Below, piece after piece: positions 1 to 7,928 of a stretch of 20,000 nt of DNA. The position numbers and the translations under genes were made by a program. Within the stretch, counting starts at the first letter, position 1; each line of letters begins with the position of its first letter. Source of the DNA: an uncultured virus (IMG/VR IMGVR_UViG_3300033808_000111) (Duplodnaviria; Heunggongvirae; Uroviricota; Caudoviricetes); IMG/VR virus record IMGVR_UViG_3300033808_000111; one strand, 5' to 3'. The notes beneath the pieces were generated by a model. The model made no database searches and was not told the DNA's origin. It was given only the letters and a program-made list of their open reading frames with translations.

Positions 1-2
1 AG

Positions 3-176
3 GACCTGCACTTCCGCGTGACGGCTGGGCAGAAGGCAGCCATGGAGAGGGGCGCGGCGCGCGTGGGGCTCACGGTCTCGAGCTGGATCATCACGACCAT
101 GATCCACGCGCTCAGCGAGCAGGGCATCGAGGTCGAGGAACCGGACGAAGAACAGCGCGGCGCGAAGAAAAAATGA
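3..176 (+). CDS. Ribbon-helix-helix DNA-binding protein, 5'-truncated by the window edge
   Basis: Frame 3 reads DLHFRVTAGQKAAMERGAARVGLTVSSWIITTMIHALSEQGIEVEEPDEEQRGAKKK*. The alternating beta strand LHFRV followed by helix-GLTVSSWI-helix is the RHH pattern. Not in the ORF track. Confidence 0.7.
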   Translation, partial: DLHFRVTAGQKAAMERGAARVGLTVSSWIITTMIHALSEQGIEVEEPDEEQRGAKKK

Positions 177-363
177 GCTGACCAACCAGGCGACATGGAA
201 CGACTTTTTGTCCATCGGCATCTCGGCACGCGAAAGAGTGCTCGTGCCGGCGACGTCGCGTGATATCGTCCAGTTGCTCGACAACTCGGAGAGCAGCTGG
301 GCGATTCGTCATCCGGCACGACGCCTTCACCGCTGAACACGGTGGAGGCGTTGTTCTATGGGC

Positions 364-1284
364 TCAATGAATCGGCGGTTCGGCCCTCCCTTCCACGAGC
401 GCGTAGTGCGGTCCCCGCTCGGAGGCGCCCACGTGCGTCACGAAGCCTTTCTGGATGAGCTGATTGATGGCCTGCGACACGCACCCGTCATCGATACGGC
501 CCAGCTCGCGAGCGACGAACGCAACGCCGACTCTGTCGCCGATGCCGCTCTTGTCGAGCGCCTTGCCGTCGCCGAGCGCGATCACGACGGCGTTCATCAC
601 GGCGTCGAACGAAGGAGTTGGCCAAGCTTTGATTGGCGCCCAGAGCCAATGCCTTCGGCGGCCGCGGCGCGAGATCCGGTGGTGGCCCCAGAGGGTCGCG
701 AGAGCGGTGAGAGCCTCGACGTTGGTGAACCCGAGCGCGCTCGCGACCTCCTCGAACTTCACGCCCTCGGGTCTCGAGAGGACGAACTGAAGGACCAACT
801 CGAGCGTGGTTGTTGGCTTCGTACCGATGACGGGCGTTTTCGGCTCCGAGAAAGACGTCGGTGCCTCAGCTTTGGGCTCACATTCTTCGGCTTTCGTGGG
901 CGCTCGCGGCTCTTGCGGAGGAGCAGGCGGAGGCGTGAACGCGAGGCGGGCTTGAGCACTCAAAAGCTGCGTGTACGCGTGACTTCTGACCTGAGCTTCT
1001 TTTGACGGGCTGAACTCGGGAGCACGAGCAACCGAGGCGCGCTGCATGATCTCATCGACGACTGCGTCCCACATGACGCCGCGTTCGGCCGCGGCTGCCG
1101 GCGTGACCGTCATCTCGAGTAGCTCGAATCCGAGGGCCATCGCGGCGCGAAAAGCATCGGCTCGCGTCATCTCGTTGCCAGGTCGAGCGAAACTGTTAGC
1201 GATGCGTTGAGCCCGCTCAATCCAGGCTTTGTCGACGCGGACAGCGACCTGTTCAGTCTCAGACCGGATGTGGCGCTTCCTCAT
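364..1284 (-). CDS. Multi-domain DNA-binding protein: N-terminal RHH, Pro-rich linker, two winged-helix-like domains
   Basis: Likely start MRKRHIRSETEQVAVRVDKAW at 1284 (ATGA overlap with the upstream ORF stop). RHH-like EQVAVRVDKAWIERAQRIA...MTRADAFRAAMALGF. wHTH-like segments LELVLQFVLSRPEGVKFEEVASALG...RISRRG and VSQAINQLIQKGFVTHVG. Confidence 0.7.
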   Translation of the reverse strand: MRKRHIRSETEQVAVRVDKAWIERAQRIANSFARPGNEMTRADAFRAAMALGFELLEMTVTPAAAAERGVMWDAVVDEIMQRASVARAPEFSPSKEAQVRSHAYTQLLSAQARLAFTPPPAPPQEPRAPTKAEECEPKAEAPTSFSEPKTPVIGTKPTTTLELVLQFVLSRPEGVKFEEVASALGFTNVEALTALATLWGHHRISRRGRRRHWLWAPIKAWPTPSFDAVMNAVVIALGDGKALDKSGIGDRVGVAFVARELGRIDDGCVSQAINQLIQKGFVTHVGASERGPHYALVEGRAEPPIH

Positions 1285-1574
1285 CGGAAGCTCCGAGACG
1301 GAATCTGGGACTGAGGTCTTGGTTCTGGATCGGTGGCTGACGGCGGCGCTGCTCCTCGCGGTCGGCGAGAGCGCGGAGAGCGTCGACGCGACGTAACACG
1401 CTGAGCGCGCAGCACACGCAGACTCGGAGAGCGCCGACGAAGGCGCCATGATGCGACCTCGCGGCCGTCGGCGTCCGTCATCAACGTGAAGCACCGCCAC
1501 GTGTGGAGGCGAGGTTTGTCTTCACCGGACGGATTCACGTGATGGACAACACCATCCATCTCTTCGCCGAGCAA
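1281..1574 (-). CDS. Hypothetical protein with Arg/Pro-rich C-terminus
   Basis: ORF whose stop overlaps the next start (ATGA, 1281-1284). Start position uncertain. Confidence 0.35.
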   Translation of the reverse strand: MLGEEMDGVVHHVNPSGEDKPRLHTWRCFTLMTDADGREVASWRLRRRSPSLRVLRAQRVTSRRRSPRSRRPRGAAPPSATDPEPRPQSQIPSRSFR

Positions 1575-1728
1575 ACACTTTTCTTGCCTCTAAAATGATT
1601 CGGCGCGGATCTGTCACGAATAATCGCGCGCTGCTGCCCTAGAAATGCCGCGGCTGTCACCACAATCCGCGCTGTTGGACCATTTGTGAGGCACACTCAG
1701 GCACACTCGGATCGCGGTATACAGTGAC

Positions 1729-1757
1729 TTGCACTGGTATGCATATGCATGTATGGT
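1729..1757 (+). promoter_or_regulatory. Sigma70-type promoter TTGCAC-N17-TATGGT with TGGTATGC in the spacer
   Basis: Hexamers at 1729-1734 and 1752-1757 with a 17-nt spacer, directly upstream of the + strand gene block. The spacer also holds the palindrome ATGCATATGCAT (1739-1750). Confidence 0.65.
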
Positions 1758-1771
1758 GATGACGTGAGAAC

Positions 1772-1951
1772 GTGAGAACCACGGCGAAGCAGCGGGAGGA
1801 TCTCCTCACGTGGTGGTGCGGCGTGCCCGTGGACCGCTACGAGCTGGTCCTCGAAGACTTCAACGCGCTCCTCGACGAGCGCGACCAGCTGGTCGAGGAG
1901 AACAAGCGCCTCCGCGAAGAGATCGAGCGCCTAGCCAAGCACATCCCCTGA
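1772..1951 (+). CDS. Small coiled-coil protein (59 aa)
   Basis: GTG-RTTAKQREDLLTWWCGVPVDRYELVLEDFNALLDERDQLVEENKRLREEIERLAKHIP*. Heptad pattern; the stop shares a base with the next ATG (TGATG). Below the ORF-track cutoff. Confidence 0.65.
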   Translation: MRTTAKQREDLLTWWCGVPVDRYELVLEDFNALLDERDQLVEENKRLREEIERLAKHIP

Positions 1952-2319
1952 TGAAGTACGACCGCACTGAGCCCTGCAAGTCTTGCCCGTACCGGCGCGA
2001 CGCTCCCCGCAAGCTCTGGGCTCCGGCCGAGTTCATCAACCTCTTGCGGCAGGAAGCCGACCCGATCTACGGCTCGACGTTCGGATGCCACGAGGGCCGC
2101 AAGCTCCCGAGCGACCACGCCGACCAGCGCATGTGCGTCGGTTGGCTCGTGCACCAGAAACGGAGGAACACTCCGTCCATCATGCTGAGGATGCGGCTCA
2201 TGAAGGACGCCGATCTCGACGCGCTCTACGCGCGCATCGACGAGCGCCAGAAGGGGCTCTTTCGCACGATCGAATCGATGTGCCGCGCGAACGGCGTCGA
2301 TCCTCGTCGACTCGAGTGA
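1951..2319 (+). CDS. DUF6283-like Cys/His metal-binding protein
   Basis: MKYDRTEPCKSCPYRRDAP..LW...EF..L...FGCHE...MCVGWL matches my recollection of the PCxxCPxRxD / FxCH / CxGW phage family. Confidence 0.65.
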   Translation: MKYDRTEPCKSCPYRRDAPRKLWAPAEFINLLRQEADPIYGSTFGCHEGRKLPSDHADQRMCVGWLVHQKRRNTPSIMLRMRLMKDADLDALYARIDERQKGLFRTIESMCRANGVDPRRLE

Positions 2320-2333
2320 GTAGGCACACCCGC

Positions 2334-2360
2334 AAGTCCTCGAAGTCCTCGAAGTCCTCG
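2334..2360 (+). repeat. Tandem 9-bp repeat (AAGTCCTCG)x3
   Basis: Three exact copies ending 6 nt upstream of a TTGACA hexamer. Confidence 0.9.
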
Positions 2361-2366
2361 ACCGTC

Positions 2367-2396
2367 TTGACATTCACTGGGATGCGTCTGTACGGT
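2367..2396 (+). promoter_or_regulatory. Sigma70-type promoter TTGACA-N18-TACGGT
   Basis: Consensus -35 at 2367-2372 and -10-like hexamer at 2391-2396, upstream of the 2460 ORF. The spacer contains TGGGATGCGTCT, a one-mismatch variant of the TGGTATGC motif. Confidence 0.6.
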
Positions 2397-2459
2397 GGAG
2401 GACGAAAGGTCGGACGCGCGGCGAGTAGGTGCGCTCACGCGTTCGAACGGTGAACGATC

Positions 2460-3083
2460 ATGCTCATCCAAGCCGGAGTCCCACTCCGAGATCAGCTTCC
2501 CCCAAAGCCGGGAGTCGAGCCCAAGAAGGTTTCTGCTGCACTCGTAGAAGCCATGCGCACCGAGATGGTCGCCATGATGGAGGGCGACTTGAGCGACCCC
2601 CAGGCGCTCGCGCAGATCGCCGCGGTCGCGCACAAGGCCCGCGATCTTTTCGCCGTCATCAGCGGGCAGCCGGCAGGTCACCCGGCGATGAACGCCGGGA
2701 ACACCGCGTACGGCGGCTCGGCCGCTTTCATCGGCGGCTCCGTTTACCCGAACACCGAGCAGTTCGGGGCGAAGGCTATCCGCGAGCTTGTGGGCCTCTT
2801 GCCCGAGGTGCTCGCGATGAGCAAGAAGGAGTCGCCGGCCGAGATCGCCGAGGCGATGAGGATCGCCAAAGAAGACGGCGACGAGGAGCTGCACAAGGCG
2901 CTCCGCGACAAGCTCATGGGCAAAAAGCCCGCAGGGATCGTCGAAGCGACGGCCGAGGTCATCACCACCAAAGCCGAGCTTCTTCACTGTACTCACGAGA
3001 GCCACGAAGATCATGAAGAGCATGAGGCCTCGAACGGCGTGAACGGCGTTGCCGCTCTACTCGCCGCAGAGGTTACGCCATGA
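2460..3083 (+). CDS. Hypothetical helical protein
   Basis: 207-aa ORF with GC-ending codons; ATGA-coupled to the next gene. Confidence 0.75.
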   Translation: MLIQAGVPLRDQLPPKPGVEPKKVSAALVEAMRTEMVAMMEGDLSDPQALAQIAAVAHKARDLFAVISGQPAGHPAMNAGNTAYGGSAAFIGGSVYPNTEQFGAKAIRELVGLLPEVLAMSKKESPAEIAEAMRIAKEDGDEELHKALRDKLMGKKPAGIVEATAEVITTKAELLHCTHESHEDHEEHEASNGVNGVAALLAAEVTP

Positions 3084-4153
3084 GGGCCTGGTACATCCCG
3101 GCCTGGAATGGCGACTGGCGCATCGAGCCCGACAAAGATGACAAGGCGTCGGTCCTCACCATCGAGAAGCCCACGGCGAGCGAGCGCGCGATGCTCAAGA
3201 AGCTAGCGACGGCGTTCCTGAGCAAGAGATGGATCGATGACGGCCGCGCGGAGAAGATGCGCGACCCGTCCGGCTGGAGGAAGACCTCAGTGGTGCTCGA
3301 CGCGTCGCTCGTGGAGGTCGGGCCGCACGTCGCGTCGATCATCAAGCCCGGCCAGAACGTCATCACGGCCGTGCGCTTCAAAGACGGGCGCATCGAGGTC
3401 TCCGAGACGTCGCGCGTCGCGACCGAGGAGGAAGAAGCCGCGGAGAGCAGCGGGCATCCATACAGGCCGGAGCCGAAGAAAGACGAGCCCGTGGCCGCCG
3501 CGCCTGCTGCGACCGCGGCGAGCGCGCCGCCGCCCCAGCCGAAAGCCGCCGACAAGCCGACCGAGGAGAGTAAGGCGCTCGCGAAAAAAGAGGGCGCGGA
3601 GGCCGCGGCGACGGTCAAAAGAGCGACGCCGTGCTGCCCAAGTTGCTACCGATCTGAAGAGGTGAACAAGCCGGCCACTGAAGTCCTCCTTTCGTTCCTC
3701 GATGAAGAGCAGCACGCAGAGTGGGCCGCGCATCGCTTTTTCCGGTTCCGCGGCGGCATGTCGGATCACGAGTACCTCGTGGCCCACCGCAACAGCGCCA
3801 TCGCGGAGCGCAACTCGCGCGTCGCCTACGACCTCGACGACGACGCGGTGCTTCACTGCCATGACTGGCTCGTCCCACCCGAAGAAGAAGTGCTCGGGAT
3901 CTATCTCATCTTGCGGTTCCGCGAGCACTGGCTCCGGAACGAGGCGACGACGTTTTTCCCCACCGACGTTCGGTTCAAGAACCCGTTCGGCGACGGCATG
4001 GACGGCGTCAGGGACTCGTGGTTCACGGCGAACGTCGGAAAGTTCCTGCTCGAAGTCCTCGAACCGTCCGCTTTCCCGTCTTTGCCCAAGACCACCGTCT
4101 TCAATCCGCAGACGGGCGCGATGGAGCTGATCGACACCGCGGCCATCATCTAG
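3080..4153 (+). CDS. Hypothetical two-domain protein with Ala/Pro linker and a PCCPSC motif
   Basis: 357-aa ORF, coupled start, strong codon bias. The C-terminal domain (ATEVLLSFLDEEQ...FRFRGG...LHCHDW.VP.EEEVL) looks globular, but I cannot assign a function. Confidence 0.8.
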   Translation: MRAWYIPAWNGDWRIEPDKDDKASVLTIEKPTASERAMLKKLATAFLSKRWIDDGRAEKMRDPSGWRKTSVVLDASLVEVGPHVASIIKPGQNVITAVRFKDGRIEVSETSRVATEEEEAAESSGHPYRPEPKKDEPVAAAPAATAASAPPPQPKAADKPTEESKALAKKEGAEAAATVKRATPCCPSCYRSEEVNKPATEVLLSFLDEEQHAEWAAHRFFRFRGGMSDHEYLVAHRNSAIAERNSRVAYDLDDDAVLHCHDWLVPPEEEVLGIYLILRFREHWLRNEATTFFPTDVRFKNPFGDGMDGVRDSWFTANVGKFLLEVLEPSAFPSLPKTTVFNPQTGAMELIDTAAII

Positions 4154-4166
4154 CGAAAGACGAGCG

Positions 4167-4400
4167 ATGGACTCGAGCGGCAAGTTCTACCGAGACGAGA
4201 GCAAGATGGCTGGCGCGGAGCGTGATCGCGCCGTCTCGAGACTCAAGACGATTTACGCGACTGCGAAGGAATCGTCGTGTTCGAGAAAACGCTGTTCGAA
4301 CGCCGAGCACATCCTCGCGCGCAAGATTCTCGAGATCTTCGAAGAAGGAGAGCGTTACGATCGCGAGCACCCTGTCCGCGTTGGAGACGGTTACACATGA
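4167..4400 (+). CDS. Hypothetical protein
   Basis: 77-aa ORF in the operon; stop overlaps the next ATG. Confidence 0.6.
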   Translation: MDSSGKFYRDESKMAGAERDRAVSRLKTIYATAKESSCSRKRCSNAEHILARKILEIFEEGERYDREHPVRVGDGYT

Positions 4401-4660
4401 AAGACGAAAAGGACGTCGCGCAGGAGAAGCTAGCCGCGCTCTCGTTTCCGCTTGGCCGCTACCAGCACTACAAGGGACCGTTCTATTTCGTCTTCGCCGT
4501 CTCGATTGACGAGGAGTCGCTCGAGCCGCTCGTCCATTACGAGTCTCTCGTGCACGGGACGTTCTGGACGCGCAGGCTCTCGAACTTCACCGAGTCGGTC
4601 AGGCTCCCATCGGGCGAGACGAGTTCTCGGTTCGTGTGGATCGGCAAGGAGCGGTCATGA
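4397..4660 (+). CDS. DUF1653 family protein
   Basis: GRYQHYKGPFYFVFAVSIDEESLEPLVHYESL...FWTRRLSNFTESV...RF matches the G.YrHyKG..Y.V...E.lVvY..l...wvRp...F...RF signature. ATG 4397 with GGAGA upstream. Confidence 0.85.
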   Translation: MKDEKDVAQEKLAALSFPLGRYQHYKGPFYFVFAVSIDEESLEPLVHYESLVHGTFWTRRLSNFTESVRLPSGETSSRFVWIGKERS

Positions 4661-5127
4661 AGAACATCTTTCGAACGATCACGACGATATTTCAGAACAT
4701 TTTCGGTTGGTTCAGGGCTTTCGTGTGTGGCAGCGAAGAAACGCAGCCACGAAGATCAGAAGAGCCAGGTCCCACGGAGCAAATCAGCGAGCCTTCACCA
4801 CCATCGCCGCGCTCAGATCATCCATACCGCGAGCCACCAGCCTCGGTTGCCGAGGACGATGGAGATGGGGTCATCGGAGCCGAGCTGGTCTCTATCACGG
4901 GCGACGAGAAGCTCCCCGAGAGCTTCATGAACACGTGCAAGGACAAGAGCAAACGCAGAGCCATTCGGTACTTCAAAGGAAAGGAGGTCAAGCATCGGGT
5001 GACGTACAAGAGCAAGGACGAGATCGAGCTGGAGTTCAACCGCGAGGGTGATCCGGGCAAGATCGCGGGCAAGTCTGTGCGCATCCGGTGGAAAAAGACA
5101 ACTACTGGTCTTGTAGTAGACGCATGA
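4657..5127 (+). CDS. Hypothetical protein with amphipathic N-terminus and Pro-rich linker
   Basis: AAGGAG RBS then ATG 4657 (ATGA overlap); begins MKNIFRTITTIFQNIFGWFRAF. Confidence 0.7.
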   Translation: MKNIFRTITTIFQNIFGWFRAFVCGSEETQPRRSEEPGPTEQISEPSPPSPRSDHPYREPPASVAEDDGDGVIGAELVSITGDEKLPESFMNTCKDKSKRRAIRYFKGKEVKHRVTYKSKDEIELEFNREGDPGKIAGKSVRIRWKKTTTGLVVDA

Positions 5128-5141
5128 CGGCGGAAGTAAGC

Positions 5142-5422
5142 GAGCCGATATGGCTCAAGGTTCGAGAGGACCGAACCCAGCGCGTGACCCCGCTGGCAAA
5201 TCCTGGCGCACTAGGAGAGCACGTCCCACTCATGTTGGGGACGGGCTTCGAGTGGATGGCTCCGGCGAGTGGTAGATCGCCTCCCGAGAGGGAAGACAAG
5301 CCATTGCACCAAGTGTACTTGGAAGAAGTGCAGTGCCGACAAGCAGGCAGAATGTCCGAGAGGACGAAGGTCTGGAAATTGTGGAAGTTGGGGCCGGGGC
5401 AAGAGAGGTCCCGGCCCCCTTC
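5142..5422 (+). ncRNA. Candidate large structured non-coding RNA of unknown class
   Basis: About 12 helices in near-continuous succession, including a multibranch junction and two GAGA tetraloops. G-U pairs and GNRA loops favour the + strand. See findings. Confidence 0.55.
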
Positions 5423-6179
5423 ACGAGAGGCAATGAGCGCCGGTGTTGTGGTTCCAGCAGAGGACTCGGAAACCCTCGGGAAAGCCGCTCGCCAACAGCC
5501 ACTTGTATATCGAGATTCCGCTGACTGTGCCCAGCGATTTACGATGGGCGCAGCCCCCTCCGCCGATGTGATCGATAGTGAGCACTCGAACGTCCGTGAT
5601 ATCGCACATGGCGCATTTGATGGGTCCGTTGGCGTAATGGGTCAACACTTCGCGCCGGATCTCCCGGTGTCGCTGGGCGTGGCGCGAGATGCCGATGGGT
5701 GCAGCTTCGAGTCGTTTCAAGAAGTTGCAGTTGTGACAAAGCACCTGAAAGATCGAGGGCCATCCGTTGTTTCGGGCCCAGAGAGCTGTCACCCTCATAC
5801 CCGTCATGCGACGATGGTCGGCGCCATCGTCCCTCTTGTGATCCAATGCGAGAAAGGTGATGTCAGTGACTCCGCAGCGGGCACATTTAGGCTCTCCTTC
5901 GGAATAGTGACGCAAGGCTTCGAGTTTGATCGCAAGTCGCGATCTCAATCCGGACTGTTTGACCTGCTCAGGGTGTTCTCGCACATAGCGGGCCGCTGCT
6001 GCGATTGCCGGAAGGGGGTTTGCCCGATACGCTGCTCGACGGTCTCGATTCACGCGAGTCTTGTTGGTCGCGTAGTAGCGGGAAGCTCTCGCCTGATTAC
6101 AGGCCTTACACCGTTTTCTCGATCCATCGACGTACCATTGACCCTCGCTCAAGGGGCCATGCGTTATGCAGGCAAACAT
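5421..6179 (-). CDS. Tandem HNH / endonuclease VII-like zinc-finger endonuclease, putative homing endonuclease
   Basis: N-terminal CKAC and Arg-rich helix, then two repeats: HYS..PKCARCG..DITFLALDH..DDG..HRR...FQVLCHNCN and HYA..IKCAMCD..DVRVLTIDH.GGGG..HRK...FRVLCWNHN. Inverted relative to its neighbours, with more A/T-ending codons. Confidence 0.85.
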   Translation of the reverse strand: MFACITHGPLSEGQWYVDGSRKRCKACNQARASRYYATNKTRVNRDRRAAYRANPLPAIAAAARYVREHPEQVKQSGLRSRLAIKLEALRHYSEGEPKCARCGVTDITFLALDHKRDDGADHRRMTGMRVTALWARNNGWPSIFQVLCHNCNFLKRLEAAPIGISRHAQRHREIRREVLTHYANGPIKCAMCDITDVRVLTIDHIGGGGCAHRKSLGTVSGISIYKWLLASGFPEGFRVLCWNHNTGAHCLS

Positions 6180-6196
6180 GCTCTTGGGGGCGTAGC

Positions 6197-7309
6197 ATGA
6201 GTTGGCTGAGGGATCATTTTTTCCACTTCGTGTTCCCAGCGTTCGTCGCGGCCGAGAAGAAGTCGACCGAGATCGGGGAGCCGTTTCACATCATGGTCAG
6301 CAAACACGCGCCCGAGAGGCTGCCGACCGAATTGCAGAAGCTCTGGACGCTCTGCGCCGAGCACGGCGTCCCGTGGTCGTACGACGTCCGGATGCTCAAC
6401 ACGCACGGCGGGATGTCGAAGTTCAGAAAGACCGCGCGCATCCATAACCAAATCTTGCGCGAGACCGCGACCGCCGCGGCGTCGGTCATGAGGCGCGAGG
6501 GCTGCTCGAGGCTGCTCTTGCCGGGTCGCGACATCTACATGCTCGTGCCCATCCTCGCGCACCGGCGCGTGCCGTTCCTGTTCGTGCCGGAGCTGTCGCG
6601 CCCGAACTCGACCGCGCCGGCGATGCGCGGGTTCCTCGAGCACCTCGGCGTCACGGGCGCCGAGCTTGTCGTCGACACGGGGTTCGTGGGCTCGATCCCC
6701 GCGAACATGAACAAGCTCTTCCCCGGCCGCGACTTCAAGTTCCGCCTCATGAGCGAGCAGGACAAGGGCGATCCCCGTGACCGTTTTTACTCGAGGCCGC
6801 ACCAGTTTTTCCCGAACCGCAAGGGCGCGCGCGCCGAGGCGGTCGAGAGCGAGTACCTGAGCAAATACTGGAAGAGCGGCACGACCGACGAGTCCGGGGC
6901 TATCGTGCAGTACCTCGCTGACAAGCGAAGCATCCAGCGCGCGGCGCTCCTCACGTCGATGCTCTTCCGCGGCATCCCGTACTGGAAGGTGCAACCGTCC
7001 AAGGAAAAGCAGGCAGCTATTTTCCAGAACAGTGGCACTGGGTGGGTGCCCTTGCAGGGTATGCAAGGTGTTTTCAATCCCACTGCGCAGACCATAGTCT
7101 ACGGGTCGACGGCATCCGTTCTTGTTGGCACGCCGCTTACGGCGCAGACGCTGGCTGCTCATCAAGCGCTGGTTGCTCAGCAGGCGGCCTCTCAGTCTCA
7201 GGTCGTGGGGTTACAGGCGGCTCCGTCGATCCATGCGACCCCTCCTGCTCCCGCACCAGTAGCTCAAGCTCCAGTTTCTACTATTCTCGTGCCTGCGGGG
7301 GTGGTGTAG
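6197..7309 (+). CDS. Hypothetical enzyme, possibly PRTase-like fold, with low-complexity Ala/Gln/Pro tail
   Basis: Likely start MSWLRDHFF (ATG 6197). Motifs LLLPGRD and LVVDTGFVGSIP resemble the FLxRD...vDxGwxGsi pair seen in PRTase-like domains appended to HAD-family proteins. Confidence 0.6.
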   Translation: MSWLRDHFFHFVFPAFVAAEKKSTEIGEPFHIMVSKHAPERLPTELQKLWTLCAEHGVPWSYDVRMLNTHGGMSKFRKTARIHNQILRETATAAASVMRREGCSRLLLPGRDIYMLVPILAHRRVPFLFVPELSRPNSTAPAMRGFLEHLGVTGAELVVDTGFVGSIPANMNKLFPGRDFKFRLMSEQDKGDPRDRFYSRPHQFFPNRKGARAEAVESEYLSKYWKSGTTDESGAIVQYLADKRSIQRAALLTSMLFRGIPYWKVQPSKEKQAAIFQNSGTGWVPLQGMQGVFNPTAQTIVYGSTASVLVGTPLTAQTLAAHQALVAQQAASQSQVVGLQAAPSIHATPPAPAPVAQAPVSTILVPAGVV

Positions 7310-7337
7310 CTCATGGGATTCAGCACGTGCCACTCTA

Positions 7338-7458
7338 GCGAGCGAAGCGAGCGAAGCGAGCGAGTCGCCAAGGATTCTCGGCAAAGCCGAGAGTCCGACT
7401 CTTTCTGCCGAGGCGTCGAAGACGCCGTAGACAAGGAAGGGCTCCGAAGGAGGCCTTC
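7338..7458 (+). other. Intergenic cluster of hairpins plus a GCGAGCGAA tandem repeat
   Basis: GCGAAGC at 7342 and 7351. Stems 7372-7382/7386-7396, 7362-7366/7397-7401, 7412-7417/7421-7426 and 7436-7445/7449-7458; the last covers the GGAGG RBS of the 7459 gene. Confidence 0.7.
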
Positions 7459-7737
7459 ATGAAGGGTTCGAAGGAGACTCGGCAGGCGCCTCTCGAGACG
7501 AAGGCCGGCAGGCACTTGTCGGCCGAGGAGGCGCGCGAGGTGCTGGACGACGTCTTCGCGTTCTGTAGCAAGCTGCTTCACGATCGCGACTCAGGATCCC
7601 AGGTGCAGATGGACGACCTCGTGGGTCTGCGGGACTGCATCACGCAGATCCGCGACGCGGTCGCTGGTGGCCTCGGCTACAAGGCCTTCGAGGGGCGCAT
7701 CGCGCCGGGCGGCGTACAGTGGAAGAAGAGTCTTTGA
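7459..7737 (+). CDS. Hypothetical protein
   Basis: GGAGG RBS 5 nt before the ATG; stop overlaps the next start. Confidence 0.7.
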   Translation: MKGSKETRQAPLETKAGRHLSAEEAREVLDDVFAFCSKLLHDRDSGSQVQMDDLVGLRDCITQIRDAVAGGLGYKAFEGRIAPGGVQWKKSL

Positions 7738-7928
7738 TGTTCATGGACAGTATGTCGAGGCCCATCGAGGTTGGCGACCGAGTGCTCTTTCGCGGCAAGG
7801 TCTACACCATCAAGGAGTTCATGCCGGGTCGCGGCCGGTTCGGCACCGCCGAGATCCTCTTCGAGGAGTCGCAAGAGGGACACACCGACGAGATCGCTGA
7901 CGAGATCTCCGTCGATCGAGTGCAATGA
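7737..7928 (+). CDS. Small beta-barrel (SH3/KOW-like) protein
   Basis: MFMDSMSRPIEVGDRVLFRGKVYTIKEF shows the D..G..I.VGD.V pattern typical of small phage SH3-like proteins; coupled at both ends. Confidence 0.65.
   Translation: MFMDSMSRPIEVGDRVLFRGKVYTIKEFMPGRGRFGTAEILFEESQEGHTDEIADEISVDRVQ

Noticed and set aside
358..1005. 215-aa + strand ORF
   Set aside because: Shadow of the minus-strand RHH/wHTH gene, which has recognisable domains.
5348..5370. GTCC-GAGA-GGAC-GAA resembles hammerhead ribozyme stem II
   Set aside because: The required CUGANGA core 5' of the stem is absent (CAGAAT instead), and GAAA is GAAG.
5088..6200. Long + strand ORF with ATGA overlaps at both ends (5124 and 6197-6200), antisense to the HNH gene
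   Set aside because: It is codon-aligned with the HNH gene, the frame that stays open in GC-rich DNA. The peptide has no recognisable features and its first third is better explained as structured RNA. Not fully excluded as a ribosome-coupling bridge.
7296..7335. GGTGTAGCTCA looks like a tRNA 5' end
   Set aside because: No D-stem partner, T arm or acceptor complement follows.
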